Source: Cycas panzhihuaensis (Eukaryota > Plantae > Cycadophyta). Taken from it: DNA of 64,000 nucleotides. The stretch lies in contig CM041465.1 of the NCBI GenBank assembly GCA_023213395.1, positions 88,233,741-88,297,740 of the forward strand, read 5' to 3'. This document shows, in pieces, positions 14,701 through 29,052 of this stretch. A program made the position numbers and the translations under genes. The number at the start of each line of letters is the position of its first letter. Within the stretch, counting starts at the first letter, position 1. The notes under the pieces were generated by a model. That model was given only the letters and a program-made list of their open reading frames with translations, had not been told where the DNA came from and did no database searches.

Positions 14701-15124
14701 TCAATAACATGATCTGTAACAATAATATCTCCTCATCGTCACCTTGATCAAACTACTACTTATGACATATTATCAGTGATAGGTGGTAGATATATATTTT
14801 TTGTATTAGGATGCTTTGAGGGTAAATCATCTGACAGGAGAGGGCATGCAATGACCCCATACTACATATAATAGGATAGAAGGTTAAGGGTTAAGGGGGA
14901 TAAGAATGTAGGATTGGGTAGTTTAGTAGCAACATAATATTATAATGGGTGGCCCTCTTATAAATATGTCACCCCCATCTTATATAAGGTAGCTTGATAT
15001 ATTTTGAATATAATCTATTAGGGTTCACTTTGGCACCCATTTTGGTCTTCATTTTGGTAATTATTCCATCTTCTGGTTTTCTTTCCTCTTGCTCTCTTAT
15101 GGTTATAGGAGTTGGCCTATAATG
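11753..15124 (+). mobile_element. Non-autonomous LTR element (3.4 kb), probably gypsy-derived, nested in the copia RNase H
   Basis: LTRs 11753-12030 and 14847-15124. PBS TGGTATCAGATC at 12033, PPT AGGAGAGGG at ~14836. Decayed TSD TAGCT/CATCC, both derivable from CAGCC of the host KKQP codons. Weak gag-like remnant at ~14050-14310. Confidence 0.9.
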
Positions 15125-15505
15125 CATCCTAATATTACTCTCTCATCTACCAAAATAGAATACAAAGTAACTATCCATACCACCACAGAGTTGATTTGGC
15201 TTAGAAGGATTCTTGTCGAGCTTGGACTTTAACAAAATTTAACTACCATTCTCTATTGTTACAATTAAAGTGTATTAAAGATGACAAATAATTATGTTTT
15301 CCATGCTAGAACTAAGTGCATAAAGGTCCATCATCACTTCATCTATGAGCATGTTCAAAATGAAGAAGTAGACCTTGTAAATCGACCAACTAAGGATTTG
15401 GCTATAGATATCTTCACCAAAGCATTTGGTAAACCAAAGTTTGAATTATTTTTTTATGACCTCAATATCAGATGTAATAAAGCTTTCATTAAGGGAGGGT
15501 GTTAA
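15125..15505 (+). pseudogene. copia RNase H C-terminus, continuing 7536-11752
   Basis: FHARTKCIKVHHHF...DIFTKAFGKPKFE...IKGGC. Confidence 0.92.
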
Positions 15506-15878
15506 AACATCTAATGACCCCTTCATTACCTTGTAATTTATAAATATTTGTATCTATGTAATATAGGTATGACACCCTATTATAAATTTAATTGTAATAT
15601 AAAGATTTGTTGGGTCTGTCTCCTTTGTTGATACATCATCCAATTATTTCATTGTATTTTTAAGGTGGTTTGCTTATAAATTAAGCCCACATCTTATGCT
15701 TTGTACATTGAATTATATTACATGCAGAAGCACTGCTGAAATTGAGATGCATTGTGTAACCAATTTACCCGTAGTGTATTTCTACTACATTTTACTCTAC
15801 TGTCTTATATTTTGATCTTAGTTTCTGAGTTATTTATGTTAATGCACATTGATTTAGATCCTATTGCTTGATTTAACA
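15500..15878 (+). repeat. 3' LTR (379 bp)
   Basis: TGTTAAA...TTTAACA after the PPT; matches the 5' LTR. Confidence 0.92.
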
Positions 15879-16349
15879 ATTACCCATTCTAGTCAATAGG
15901 TAGTTCTTTAAAACTTTCTTTCAATTGGAATGCAAAGGAATCACCACTATAAGTGTTGTATGTAAACCCTTCCTTAGCTAGGTAGTATAAATATAAATTT
16001 TGGCTTTCAACAACAAAGATTAGGAGGTAAAATTTAAAATTTTTAAATAAATATTTTAAGTCACTCGTAGGGGGTGGCTCAATGTAGGAGGCTAATCATT
16101 ACCATATTAATAATGTCTTTAAAATTTTTCTTAGAAATTTATAGATGCATCAAGTGGGAGTAAGGATTTCTAGAAATAAGGCAATTACATAGAAGAGGTA
16201 GCATGGGGTTATTAAATATAGATATAAATAATTTTTAGGGTTGATAGACTAATAGGTTTATTTAGTATTTCAGAAAATAAGCATTGCATATTTGTTGTTC
16301 ATTACGAGTGATATTGCAAAGAAAAAATTATGTTAGGTAATGATTTGTA

Positions 16350-17900
16350 AGAAGGGAGAACCTTGAAATCAATTGCCACCATGGATTTGCTAACACACAA
16401 CGTCATCTAGAGCACTTGTAATGTTAAACTTTACTTGTTATTAGTCTCAACAAAAATGGTTCTATTTTGTGAATTGTGAAGGAGTGACTTGTGAGTCTTA
16501 TCATAGTTGTTTAATTAAGGGATATGTGAAAAAATCTTGGCCATTCACCAGATAAGTCATTGCTCATAAGAAATAATGAAAGAAAAGGAGCATTTGCATA
16601 TTAATTTATAATTATTAGATTAAGGGATACATGGATGTCTCTAAGAGTATTTGTAAGACTAAACTTTATACATGAGAATTTTAGTCAGAGGTAGGTTTAT
16701 GAAGAGGCCCTTATAAAGATAGGATTTGCAAAGTAAATCACCACCATCGAATTATCTGCCATGACTGAATCTTAGATCATTCATAAGAAATTTATCAATC
16801 TTTGTGAAGTGATAGGAAAAAAGAAGAAGTGAATATGATGTAAAATGATGTGATGTAAGGAAAATCATGGCCGTTAGATGGTGGTCATGTGGCATTTGTT
16901 AGAAGGATTCATGAGAGGAGGATTAGTAGAGGGGCTGTTTATTACAAAGGCAACCCTGCGAAAAGGACCATGGCCATTGATTTGAGAATATATGATTGCC
17001 ATCTAACTATACTCATAGTTAGACTCTTCACTTGAAAAGATAAATGAACTAAAGCAAACTATGAATGGATGAGTTGCAAAGTAAATCATAGCAGTTGGTC
17101 AAATGACATGTTTTTATATTTGAGAGCACTCACAAGACTATTCTTCATAAAGGGATATGAGTTGTAAATATTAGCTCATAATGGATAATGCCATAAGGTA
17201 CATCATGACCATCTATAAAGAACATATAGAGGAATTCTATGGTATTACAGAAATGAACCTGGCTCAAATGATTGGTTAGGAAATGATGAATCCACAAAGT
17301 TGGAAGGTGTGAAAGGAACTATAAGCATTGATGTCATAACATGTATTTGCATCTAGGATCACTTGCAAAAAGTAATAGCTTGTTCATTATGAAAAATGAG
17401 AAAAGGAAAATAGGGATTTGGGAGTAAATAGAGTTGTGAATCTAATTAGGGCTATTGATTGAAGGACATGTAGATATAACATAAGTCACCTCTCAAACAA
17501 GGACTTCATCACTAGTGAATAATCAAATGAGTGTACATTGAATAATCTATGAATGAGAAGAGTGCGAGTTAAGATCTTGGCCATCAATTTAAAGGACACA
17601 TGGAAAAATCATAAAACATTTGTAAGGGACATATTTGACAACTTTGAATGATATATTAAAGTTTCAATTGTGTAAAATATAGAGTAGTAGGTCACATGGC
17701 AAGGTTGACTATTAGATCTAATAACTTATGGCCATCATCCAAGGATCCTTGCATTTGGATACTTCACTAAAGGGAAAGAGGAAGTCGGAGTAATTTGTGA
17801 ATGAGTTGAGCATGAGGCAAAATCAATTGCCTAATTTAGGTACATGTATCAATATCGAAGCAATTTCATAGATTAGCTATTTAACAAAAATAGGGGATGT
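16350..17900. repeat. Highly diverged tandem array, period ~105-130 bp
   Basis: A recurrent AAATCATGGCCATTGAT...ACATG-like core at ~16737, 16862, 16966, 17083, 17200, 17317, 17443, 17572, 17700 and 17820. Confidence 0.55.
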
Positions 17901-18794
17901 GGTAGCAATGATAGATTGTAAACCAATTATTTCCAAAGTGAGTCAATATCGTCTATGGATAAACATCCAACGGCTTTACGAGTCAATAACCTTCTCCCTA
18001 AGATAAAGATAAATTTAAAAATGATTGAAAATAATAGCAAGCTAGTGAATATGCAAATCAATATTGACCATTAGCCTTGAACATTTATAGGATTACTAAA
18101 CTATGGGGATGAATCAAGTTCATCTAATGGGTTGGTGATGTATTAAATCTAGATTTTACAAGGTGCTAAATGCTTCATTAAAATTTAAGCTTGCGAAGGT
18201 GGAAACTTTGTTGAGTGTTTGATCGATAAATTTTAACTTTCACATTTTCATTCTTCACATTATTCATAATGCAAATCATATTGAAGAATAAAGCATTTCC
18301 TAGGGAGAGTTTGAAGAACTTAGGAAGCTAAATTGGCCAAATCATACTTTATTTATAGTTTTAAAATATATGCAAATATTTATAAGAATTCTAATCATTG
18401 AGGACATTGTTACTGGCTACAAAATATGAGATTGGGAGCCTTTTAAAGTAAAAAGGGATGTAAAGAGTGATCTAAGGTAAATTGAACTAACACAATAGGT
18501 TTTAATCTTTTAGCTTTTTGTTATCCTAAGTTGGTTTTCTTATTTTTCCAACGTCTCAATTCAAACAAGAGGATTATCATGAACCCAAATAGCCAAGTAA
18601 TTTATGGTCTTTTGCCAAACAAGTTTTAAACAATTTCCTATTTATCTAATCCCACCATACCGTTTGATGAGATCAAACTTGAACAAGCTATGAAGGACAA
18701 ACAAATGGATATGAATATGTCATCTAGAGAAACTCAAACTTAATAGGAAAAGAGATGGTTTGAAAGTAGAAGTTGTTGGCTAATTGGGGCCTCA

Positions 18795-19228
18795 TGACCT
18801 CACTCCACCAATGTGCCATTATAGTGAATATGACATAAACAATCAAGTAATATTCATAATAATTGTATCAACAAGGCATCAAATAGTACCACAATCATAA
18901 GAGGAGAGAGAATATTAGAAATAAGAGAATGTAAATATGAGCAGTAATGTTATTATTTATTAACAAAATAGATTACATAGTCAATTACATAGTGAAGGCT
19001 GCTAGCCTTAAATCAATAGATCAATCTTCTACCAATCCCTCACAACTACTCATCTTATATCTTAATGACTTTCTCATATAGCCTATTTATACATCACTTG
19101 GGTGGTTCAACTACCCAATTAATCCTTCATTAATATATTTATTTATATTAATTAATCATAATTTAATAATAGTATCAATGATCCCCCATTTTCTAATGTA
19201 TTATTAAATGTTTTTACCGTGGCCCTTT
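18795..19228 (-). mobile_element. Putative 5' LTR and PBS of a minus-strand LTR element
   Basis: The minus strand reads ...GGCACA-T-TGGTGGAGTG (LTR end plus PBS-like site). TATAAATAGG at ~19082-19091 (minus). Interrupted at 19229. Confidence 0.45.
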
Positions 19229-20886
19229 TGAAGGATTATAAAATGATGGAGACAGAGTAGAGCATAATCAAATAATCAAAACATTGTTGCATAAACACAT
19301 AAATCTTTTGTATTCAATCCATGATGAGTGAGTATATAATAAATTTCTAAATATAGGCAGTGTCTAAAGACACCAGGGTTGTACACCCCTCCAAATATAT
19401 AATTTGGGAGAGGAGGGAAACTCCTCAACCCTTAGAATTCAAACAATAATAAAATATTACATAACATAATTTAACTTAACTTAACTCAAACTAACATAAC
19501 CTTACCTTATACTTACCTTCATATGTGAGTACCCACATATATAAATTGGTAGGAGTGGGGTGTGCACTCCTAGGTTAAAGGTGGGAGTGGGGTGATAATC
19601 ATTAACCCCAACATTCTCCTCCTTAATGGTCATCATGAACAACTTTGTTTTCTCTTTAAACTTGTGAAATTTGAACTTGAAAAAAACTTTGAAAATATGC
19701 CTTTTAGCTTGATCACTACTCACTTGCTTTATCCTTTTAGCAGTGTGTGTGTCTTTGCTATTGAGTGGTTCAAAAGATCTCTAAATAAATGTAGCTTGAA
19801 CTGAATGAAGGTGAATGACTGTAACTCTAACTTTATCTTCTGGAACTTTAACTTTATCTTTTGAAGTCTTTATGTTGTGAGTAACTATCATATCATAAGA
19901 TTTCTCCTCTTCAAGTGGAGGATCAAGTACTTGTGCAACAAGATGATTATACATTTGACTTGAGTTTTCCTCCTTGGTCTTTTCATCACAATCCATCTGC
20001 TCTGACATCTGTCTCACATGTTTAATAATATTAATATTAAATTCATTTACATTAAGGGTATCTCCCCCATAAGTAGAAACTAAGATGTCCCATATGGATT
20101 TGGAAGTTGTTAATTCATAAACTTTAGAGAAAACATTATTATTTATAGTGTAAAAAAGTAAAGCTAAGGCTTCATTATCTTTTTTAATATCTTCTTTAAT
20201 ATTAATATCATATTCATTTTGTAAGTATTTCTAAAAATCATTTGTAATAAAATAATTTTACATTATTTTATATCATTATGAAAAATTATGTCCATCAAAT
20301 ATAGGGAATTGGATTTTGTTTAGATTGATTGCCATTTGTATTAAAAAACTTTAGTATATAAACAAAAAGATATGTTTTTACCAAATGAGTTTTTTGTACT
20401 TCTCAACAAAATATGTGCCTTTAGAAGGAATGAAAGAACTTAATAAATTAATAAACTTATATAATTTCAAATATACTCTTTGAAAGAACTATGTAAGTAA
20501 TCACAATGCAATGAAAGATGCCTTTAGAAAATAAATCAACTAGATGCAACTTTTATAAGTGCCATATATAAATGATCTTTTCAATAATGATAAATAGAAA
20601 AAATACTTTTAGTAAGTGTGTGCATTTAGAATAATTGACAACCTTAAAAGGTATGATTTTAGATAAACTTTGAAATGTAATAAATATAAGAGCAAATTTT
20701 GTATGTAACTAAGACCCTTTTAACTATGCAAATCTAAAATAAGACTTTTGATGATGAAAAATAAAGAATTCTTAAGCTATTAATCTTTTAAGTGAATAAC
20801 CACAAATTTGAGCAAGAAAAATATTTTTTTTTTCAATGCATGAAATCCTTTTGCCTTGATGAAGATATATAATATTGAAAAATATG

Positions 20887-21981
<1,095 letters not shown>

Positions 21982-23893
21982 GCTTTCACTTTGGAAAGAT
22001 AAAAAATGAAGAAAAAACTTCCAAAAAAAATGAATTGTACCCATTTTTATATTATAGGACCACTTGACTTGTCACTTGTTTTAGATGTATATGAGTAATT
22101 TCTGCTATAAATAAACTTAAAAAAAACTATATGAAAGTCAAATAAAAACCTTAAACATGTATTATAAATGATCAATAGGAAATGAAATAAAGAACTTCTT
22201 AAAAAAAGTTTAGAAGATAAGACTGTTTGGATATCTTAAGTGATCAAGTTGAGCAGCTTCAAATCTATAATAAACAGTGGCAAAATAAGATGAGATTACA
22301 CTAATTTAAAGATTAATGAAATATCTAATCAACGAAACTAACCGTTTTGAAAATGGATTCCTACAAGTCAAAATTTTAATGTACTAAAGATGTAGTCCTC
22401 CTTTTGAGGCTTAACGGGAGCTTGAGGCTTAAAATATTATGAAATGCTAGGAAAATAACTTGTAGGACAATGTAAAATAATCAAATATAGTGTAGAGATA
22501 TGCTTAATATACTTTTGAGTTAAAAACTTTGAGAAATAATGTATTAAAAATATGCAATAATGGTAAATTAGGAACTATTTTGTACCTCAACTTTGATGGC
22601 TTAGAACACCTACAAAATAGACTTAAAATGAAGTAAAAATAACTTAAAACTATAGATCTCTAAAAATTCTTTCACCAAAATTAGATGATACTCAATTTTG
22701 AGCTATGAATCTCAAGACATTAAAGAAACTGTAAAAGGTGTCCTGCCATGATTAATAAAATAGGGAGCAAAAAATAAGGTCAACATTGACCTACTTAAAC
22801 TTGCAAGATATTGAGTCAAATTAAGAAAAAAATACCTTCAAGTAGTAGTGATCTAAATCAAGATTCTAATGAATCTTACGGTTTTGAAATCTGATTTCTG
22901 GTTGAGGAGATATAGCTAAAAATGTAAGTATTATTTTTTATGTAAATATGTTGAAAAACATAAAAGTGTCACTTTCACTGATTAAAATAAATCCTAAAAA
23001 ATAAAATGAGTAGATGGTGATGAAGTTTGTTGAAAATAAATTACTACAGAGTAGATCTAGATAAAAAATAATATTTCAGTGATAAAAATATAACTTAATA
23101 AAAAAGAGATTTTGTGAAAATAGTTTAAAAAAACTTTAAAAATGAATAATTGACTTTAAACTAATTAAAAGCAGGTCAAATTAGCTCCAAATATGGCATA
23201 TGATCAGTCAAAATTATACCTTAGAAAATTTTAGATGCAATGGGATAGGTTTCGTTAGAAACTGATGACCCAATCAAAAGATACGACAAAAATTAGCTAG
23301 GTACCCTATGTTTAACGAATAATTAAAAAAAAGAAAAAAAGAAAAAAAGGTTATAAAGTTTAAGAAGCCCTTTTAGCAATGAGCTAATGGTCACATGGAA
23401 GAGATGTGACCGGGGGCTAAGTTCTCAAGGGGGCTTAGGCCTTAATAACCTAGAATTCAAAGTTTATATAACATAATTTCATTAAATTTAAAGTTTATAT
23501 TAAAAAAATAAAAATAAAAATAAATAAAAAACAGTATGCCACTGTCATTTGTTGTCATTCAGAGTGTGATACGCTACCACTGTGAATCATCATCACCACC
23601 GTGATTGCAAAAATGGGTGAACAATGACTCGATCTACCTAGACGCTGCCTGTCTCAGTGGGTGCCGAGCAATAATCCTCCAATCGCAAGATTCACAGAAG
23701 ACGAGAAGGTTCCAGATACTTCTTTTAGATGTGGGGGATTCCTCACACAGGGTTGGAAGTAATGGTAGTGAGTCTAAGCTACAGAATTTCATTAAAACAT
23801 AACATTCATGGCAAGCATTTAAGGAATTCAAAAGTTAATTATGGGCTATCTTAAGTAGAAATAAAAGAGGGTAACAATGTCCTAGAAAATTCA

Positions 23894-24220
23894 GGGAAGA
23901 AACAATGGTGCTTTCCACCGAGAGTAGCTGTGAATTCAGCCTCTCTTGTGCTAATTGGAGATACTATTGCTCAAGTTAGAGGGCATTGGGGATACGAAGA
24001 AAATACCTCCCAGACTGATATCCTCTGCCACAAGAGGAAGGAAATTTTGAATCAAATAATCGTTGGTCCTTGTGTAGTTGGCATTATTTTTACCTAGAAT
24101 AGTCTTTAGCAAGGCAAGCTTGGAGAACTTGCCATATAGTATCAGAATAATGTAATCCCTACCCTTATTATAGGTTGGAAGTTTTGGGTTCCAATCATCC
24201 TTTTGAATTTTTGGGTACCA
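23894..24220 (+). pseudogene. Captured fragment of an Mpv17/PMP22 (PXMP2/4) family gene
   Basis: One frame reads FPPRVAVNSASLVLIGDTIAQ...KEILNQIIVGPCVVGIIFT*NSL*QGKLGELAI*YQNNVIPTLIIGWKFWVPIILLNFWV. This resembles plant Mpv17/PMP22 proteins (GDxIAQ; KVLLNQIVLGP...WNNLWQGKL...FWIPVSILNFW). Confidence 0.85.
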
Positions 24221-24455
24221 AATGATGGATAATAAAATGATGGAGTAAAAACCACAAATACAAAACAGGAAATGCTAGGGGACTATTTTTCTAGCAAAAA
24301 AATCAAGCTCAAAATGGGAACAAGGCAGTATATACCATATAAATAGTTATAATGAAGAAATGTTTCAAAAAATTATATATTTATATAAAAAAACATAAAA
24401 AATATGGTGATTCAATGGAGCCACAAATGAAACCAAAAAATTTTTCAAATACAAT

Positions 24456-24457
<2 letters not shown>

Positions 24458-24527
<70 letters not shown>
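24458..24527. repeat. (TA)n microsatellite
   Basis: Directly visible; lies at the junction of two truncated elements. Confidence 0.98.
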
Positions 24528-24531
<4 letters not shown>

Positions 24532-27500
24532 GTCACGATTCATCCCAACGTGGCCTTGTTTAAGCAAGAGGAGAGATTTCATTCCACTCTCAAAAGGATG
24601 AGCCACATCAAAATAGTTGATGAACTCATCCACAAGTTGTTGGAATAAGAAGATGGAATGGGCGAATAGGCGATAGAAGCATTTGAGGGCATCGCCTTGA
24701 AGAGATCATAGAAATAGTTTCATTAATATGTGATCGTAGGCCTAGTAGTCTATGCATTCCATAGAGAAACTATAGACATGCTTTGTTAGATCCTGCGATG
24801 AAGTTCTATCAAACTTGGGAACTTCAGGGGGATGAGGCAGTAAGTTGGTTCTTAGCACCTCGATAAATAAGGGTGTCGATCCATAATCTATAAAGGGATG
24901 CACCCTTGCCTGGATCATAGGATCGAAAAAGGATATGGGAGGCAATGAACAAGGAACGAATGGGGGTGAAAGGCCCATCCCTCCTTAAGGAAATACCCCT
25001 TGTTGAAAAAGGACTTGAGGATAAGCACATTGAAAGGAAATTGGGTTTCCTTGCAAAGGCACGGCATAAGGAGGTACGCAAGATGGTGGAAATGAGGGCT
25101 TAGGGACTGGGTTCTATCCATATGGGCTACCCGTGGGTGGTGCGACCCCATATGGATGTAAAGGGTTCACCCCATAAACTGAAACATGGTTCCCTTTACC
25201 ATGCCCCCAAGGCTGAGATGTATAGACTGGGGGTACGTAAAGAGAAGGACCACTAGGTTGGATTTAGGCGCATATGGAGACGGATCTTACATGACTAGAA
25301 GTAGAGGCATTAGTGGTACCTCTATGCCGACTAGGGAATACGTGTTCTACGTTAGGAGGTGGCATGTTGGTTTGACTAGGGAAAGGTATACTAACCCCAA
25401 GATGGGAGAAAGACATACCGTGAGAGGCACCTCCCCCAACCACCCGAAGAGTTGGGACCGTGATGAGAAGTAGGAGGCGCAATAGACGTCCCTAGGGTAG
25501 ATGTAAAGATCGAACGGGACGGATGCGTAGGCACAAATGAGTTATTTGTTGTAGGAGGTATAGATGTGGATAAAGATGGTGGGTCAGGGACAGATGAGGA
25601 AGGTTCCCCACCACGCAAGGTGTCCTCAAACCACCTAGGATGTGATTGAAGACAAGCAGCATGAAAGCACTCGTTAAGGGCTTCAACCACGTTGATAGGA
25701 GGGGTATCCACCTAATCGTAGGAGGTAGATGGGACCTCAAATGAAGTGGACCTCTCAGGGTTCTCCTCGTAAGAATCATCACCTGGGTGATGAATCTCAA
25801 GAGAAGATGGGCCCTCTACTCCATGAGTAGAGGGATGGACATCAAGTGGGTGTTGTTGATCACCCAGATAGTAGATAGGATCATCAGCCTCATGGGTGGA
25901 CCCTGGAAAGGATGTGGGAAACTCATGAGCTCAGGAAGCAAAGGCATGATATGCCCAATCCGAAGGGTATCCTTCCATTGTCAAATCAGAATCCAATGAT
26001 GGAAGGAGGCGGTATGTAGGATCTTCTAACAACGGAGGTAAACCTCATAGGCGACATGAGAAGCATCGTATACAAAACTTGCCAATGCATTAGAAGAAAA
26101 AAAAAGAATGCAAAGTATGCATTGGGGGCTGCCCAATGAAAGATATAAAGGGAGAAACTGACTAAAAGGTAGTAGTACCAACAAGAAGGGATAGAAACTA
26201 GCTCCCTTACTGGCAAGTCCCTAATATAGTCACTAGTGGAACTGCGTCTACGGGATGGTCACTATGCTTGATAGGGACTGAGATGGTCAACAACTGAAGC
26301 TGGGGGTATGAATGGAAACCTATAGGCGAGAGGGAACACCACATAGAGCATCTATGCGTCAGAGCGCGAGTTTGGGACCCGTGAATGGTGCCCAACTACC
26401 TCGGTGTAGTTGTCAAATTCAAGAGAGAAGACACACGCAGGGGTATCCTGGATGGTCTTAAAGAGGGAGGTCCTCCCACCCTCGGATGGTCGGAAGGGAG
26501 GACGAGGAACCCTCGATGGAGAGGTTCCTATGGCGAAGGAACACAAGACAAAAGTGTATAGGTAAAGGGCCTAGGACAAACGTAGGTAGGCTTCCCTAGG
26601 CTAATTGGTCTAAGCAAATCTAATCAAGGGAAGGAGTAAAGAAAAGGGGCTAAGAGCTACTCTCTCTTTCATTCAACAACCAAAGGGCAAGAGAAAAAAA
26701 GAACAAGCATCTTGTATGCATTCAAGCAAGCAAACTAAATGAAGTACAACTATGGGTACTTTTAGGCTAGATAGGAGAAAGGGAGAGGAATGTAGTCCCT
26801 ACTATGCCATTTTCCTATGAAAAATAAGCACACAACACACTTATGCAAAATAAATACAAGTAGCTAATTTATTACCCTTTTTGCTTTTACATGATCTATT
26901 AAATAAATACAATAGATTTTAGATAAGAGCAAAAAGGGGAAGGGGTGGATGGAGAGAGACGATGCGTACCTGGGAAGTATAGATGTTGATGAAGAGCCTC
27001 ACTTGTGCACAACATACGCCTTCTTACCAATAGTCAGTGCATGACCAAAGTTGGTGTGAAAAACAGGGGCTTCCTTACCTTTCCCATATAAAAGACAAAG
27101 TGAAACAGAAAAGCAAGGAAAGCAAGTAAACGTACCAAGAAGCAAGTAAAGTGGAAGACAAGAAAAAGGGTGAAGGCTTACCAGGAGTTGAGTGTTCTTC
27201 CTCTTCACAGATGTTGCTTCAAACCTACATCCACAAGAGTCTTTCCCTTCTAAGAAGGGGGCTGCAAGAAACTATATATGCAAATATATGATATGAATGC
27301 TAAAACTTATATTTGAAGTTAGTGTAACTACTGCTGAAAATAATTCTACTTTCCTCAAAGTAAAACCATGCATACCAAGTAAGAAATGAAAGGGTAGCTT
27401 CAGGATGTCGAAACCCTCCGCTAAAGGCTCTCCACGTAGCCTCAACACACAGCAAGGTCAAGGTTATGCAACAGTCTATGAGTAGAAAATAATCATGAGG

Positions 27501-28816
27501 ATAAATTATACCAGATGTAGGAGAGATGCTTAGGTAACGAAGCTGCTATGGACAGTGAATCGCCGTGCAAGCCTCACCAAAGGTCCAAAAGGATGCCGGA
27601 CAAGATTAGGGGTATAGAGAAGGCCCAAAAGAAGGGCATGTAGGCCTGGAATCAACATAGCAAGGGTCACATCTTTGGTATCCAGAGCGAGGATTCCACC
27701 CACTCCTAGTTAACTCAAGGAAAGCATGGGCATAAGAGAGGAAGGATGGGAAGGGGTTTTCCCTTAGGGAGTAGGTCTAACTGGGAAGGATCCCATCTTA
27801 CTCCCTTTGTCCAATGCTTATGAGCCCTCTAGTGCAGCTTTCTTGAAGAAAACCAGTGGAGAAATAGGATGGAAATCAAAGGATACAAAGCCAAACACTA
27901 GGAAAAATAATCCTTCCTATAGCCAACGAATAAAAGAGAAGGAAAAATACAGTTTCAAGTAGGCTCTAATGGAACAAATGCATACTAAATCATGAAAATA
28001 AGGTAAAGGGTACCTGCTAGGCTGAGATGAGGGCAAATTTGCCCCTGCAACCAGCGGGAGGGAGCAGGTCTTGCAAGGTTTGCAGGGTGTTTCCTAAAGT
28101 GGGGTTGTAGAAGACACTTGCTGGGCGAAGTTGAGGAAGAAACGAGGAGATCTTGCATACAAATGCTTGGAGGAGAGTCTCCAACCACGAAACAGAGCTG
28201 CTATAGGCGGATCCTGAGCTAGAACAGGAGAAAACGTAGAGTTGTAGGTGCACATGTGAAGGGGAAGAGGAAGAGAGTAGAAGTACAGTAGTAAAGCGTG
28301 ATGTTTGAGAGCCAAGAGATGTGAAATGATGAACTTTTTAGGATTTATACTCATCTCAACCCCAATCGAGTGATTAGGGTGCGAATAGGGCTGAGTTGGT
28401 CACTTGTCTACGTGGCAATTCCGTGAAAAAAGTGAGAATTACCACAGTGGATTAAAAAAAAAAAGTGCAACAATCACACCACAGTAAACTTCACGGTACT
28501 GCTTAGTTTATAGCAGTGCGAGACTAGAAAGCCAAAATGATAATGGCCAAGGTTCTAAGAGCCCTAAAAGAGGTGTGATAGGCCTAAGAGGGGCTAGATC
28601 TCCTGTCCAAGTGGTTAGGGACAGTTCGGATGACATATGAACTAGGCTAAATGAGGCACCAAGAGCTAGAAATCCTAGAAATATCATGATGAGGACATAG
28701 GACCAGGGTATGAGTAGATCATACTAACTTAATGGGGCTTGAGGTGACGTGGAGGTAGCGCGGAGGGTCGTAGAGTACCGTGGGGATGCCTACCTTGCAA
28801 AAAGGTAGGTCCTACA
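24528..28816 (-). mobile_element. 5' fragment of an Ogre/Tat-like gypsy element (long LTR, PBS, gag start)
   Basis: Gag-like PKFDRTSSQDLTKHVYSFSMECIDY at 24742-24978 (minus) after a Pro-rich leader. PBS-like TAGTGACTATATTAGGG at ~26219-26235 (minus) resembles the tRNA-Arg PBS TGGCGACTCCACTGGG. Putative LTR ~26237-28816 begins TGTAGGACC. Confidence 0.6.
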
Positions 28817-29052
28817 GGTCTTCATAGGCTAAGAGTATGAACATTGGGATCAAAATCCATTTTTGAATTCTATTTTAACTTTTTCTTAAGGTCCTCCAAC
28901 ATTGATTGGCTAAATTACTAAATACTTGCTCTTTAATTTAATGAGTTTACTCTTAGTGGAACTTTCATGTTGATCACTTGGACTTATGTTTCTAAGAGAA
29001 TCAAACCTAAACTTATCACCTACCCTTACCTTTTATTTCTACCCCTCTATTC

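Larger units (their letters stand above)
5313..15878 (+). mobile_element. Ty1/copia element with ~2 kb 5' leader, degenerate, containing a nested element
   Basis: LTR pair 5313-5568 and 15500-15878. PBS TGGCATCATAGC at 5569-5580, PPT AAGGGAGGG at 15491-15499. Zinc knuckle CMYCGKNRH, protease WLLDSGAT, integrase FIDDYCKKVW, RT and RNase H. Confidence 0.95.

Noticed and set aside
16350-17900. CRISPR-like array
   Set aside because: There are no invariant repeats with unique spacers, no cas genes, and the context is eukaryotic.
24352-24648. ORFs with YIYI runs
   Set aside because: Microsatellite artefact.
25186-28354. Cluster of short ORFs
   Set aside because: They fall in the Pro-rich leader and long LTR of the Ogre/Tat-like fragment, with no independent gene evidence.
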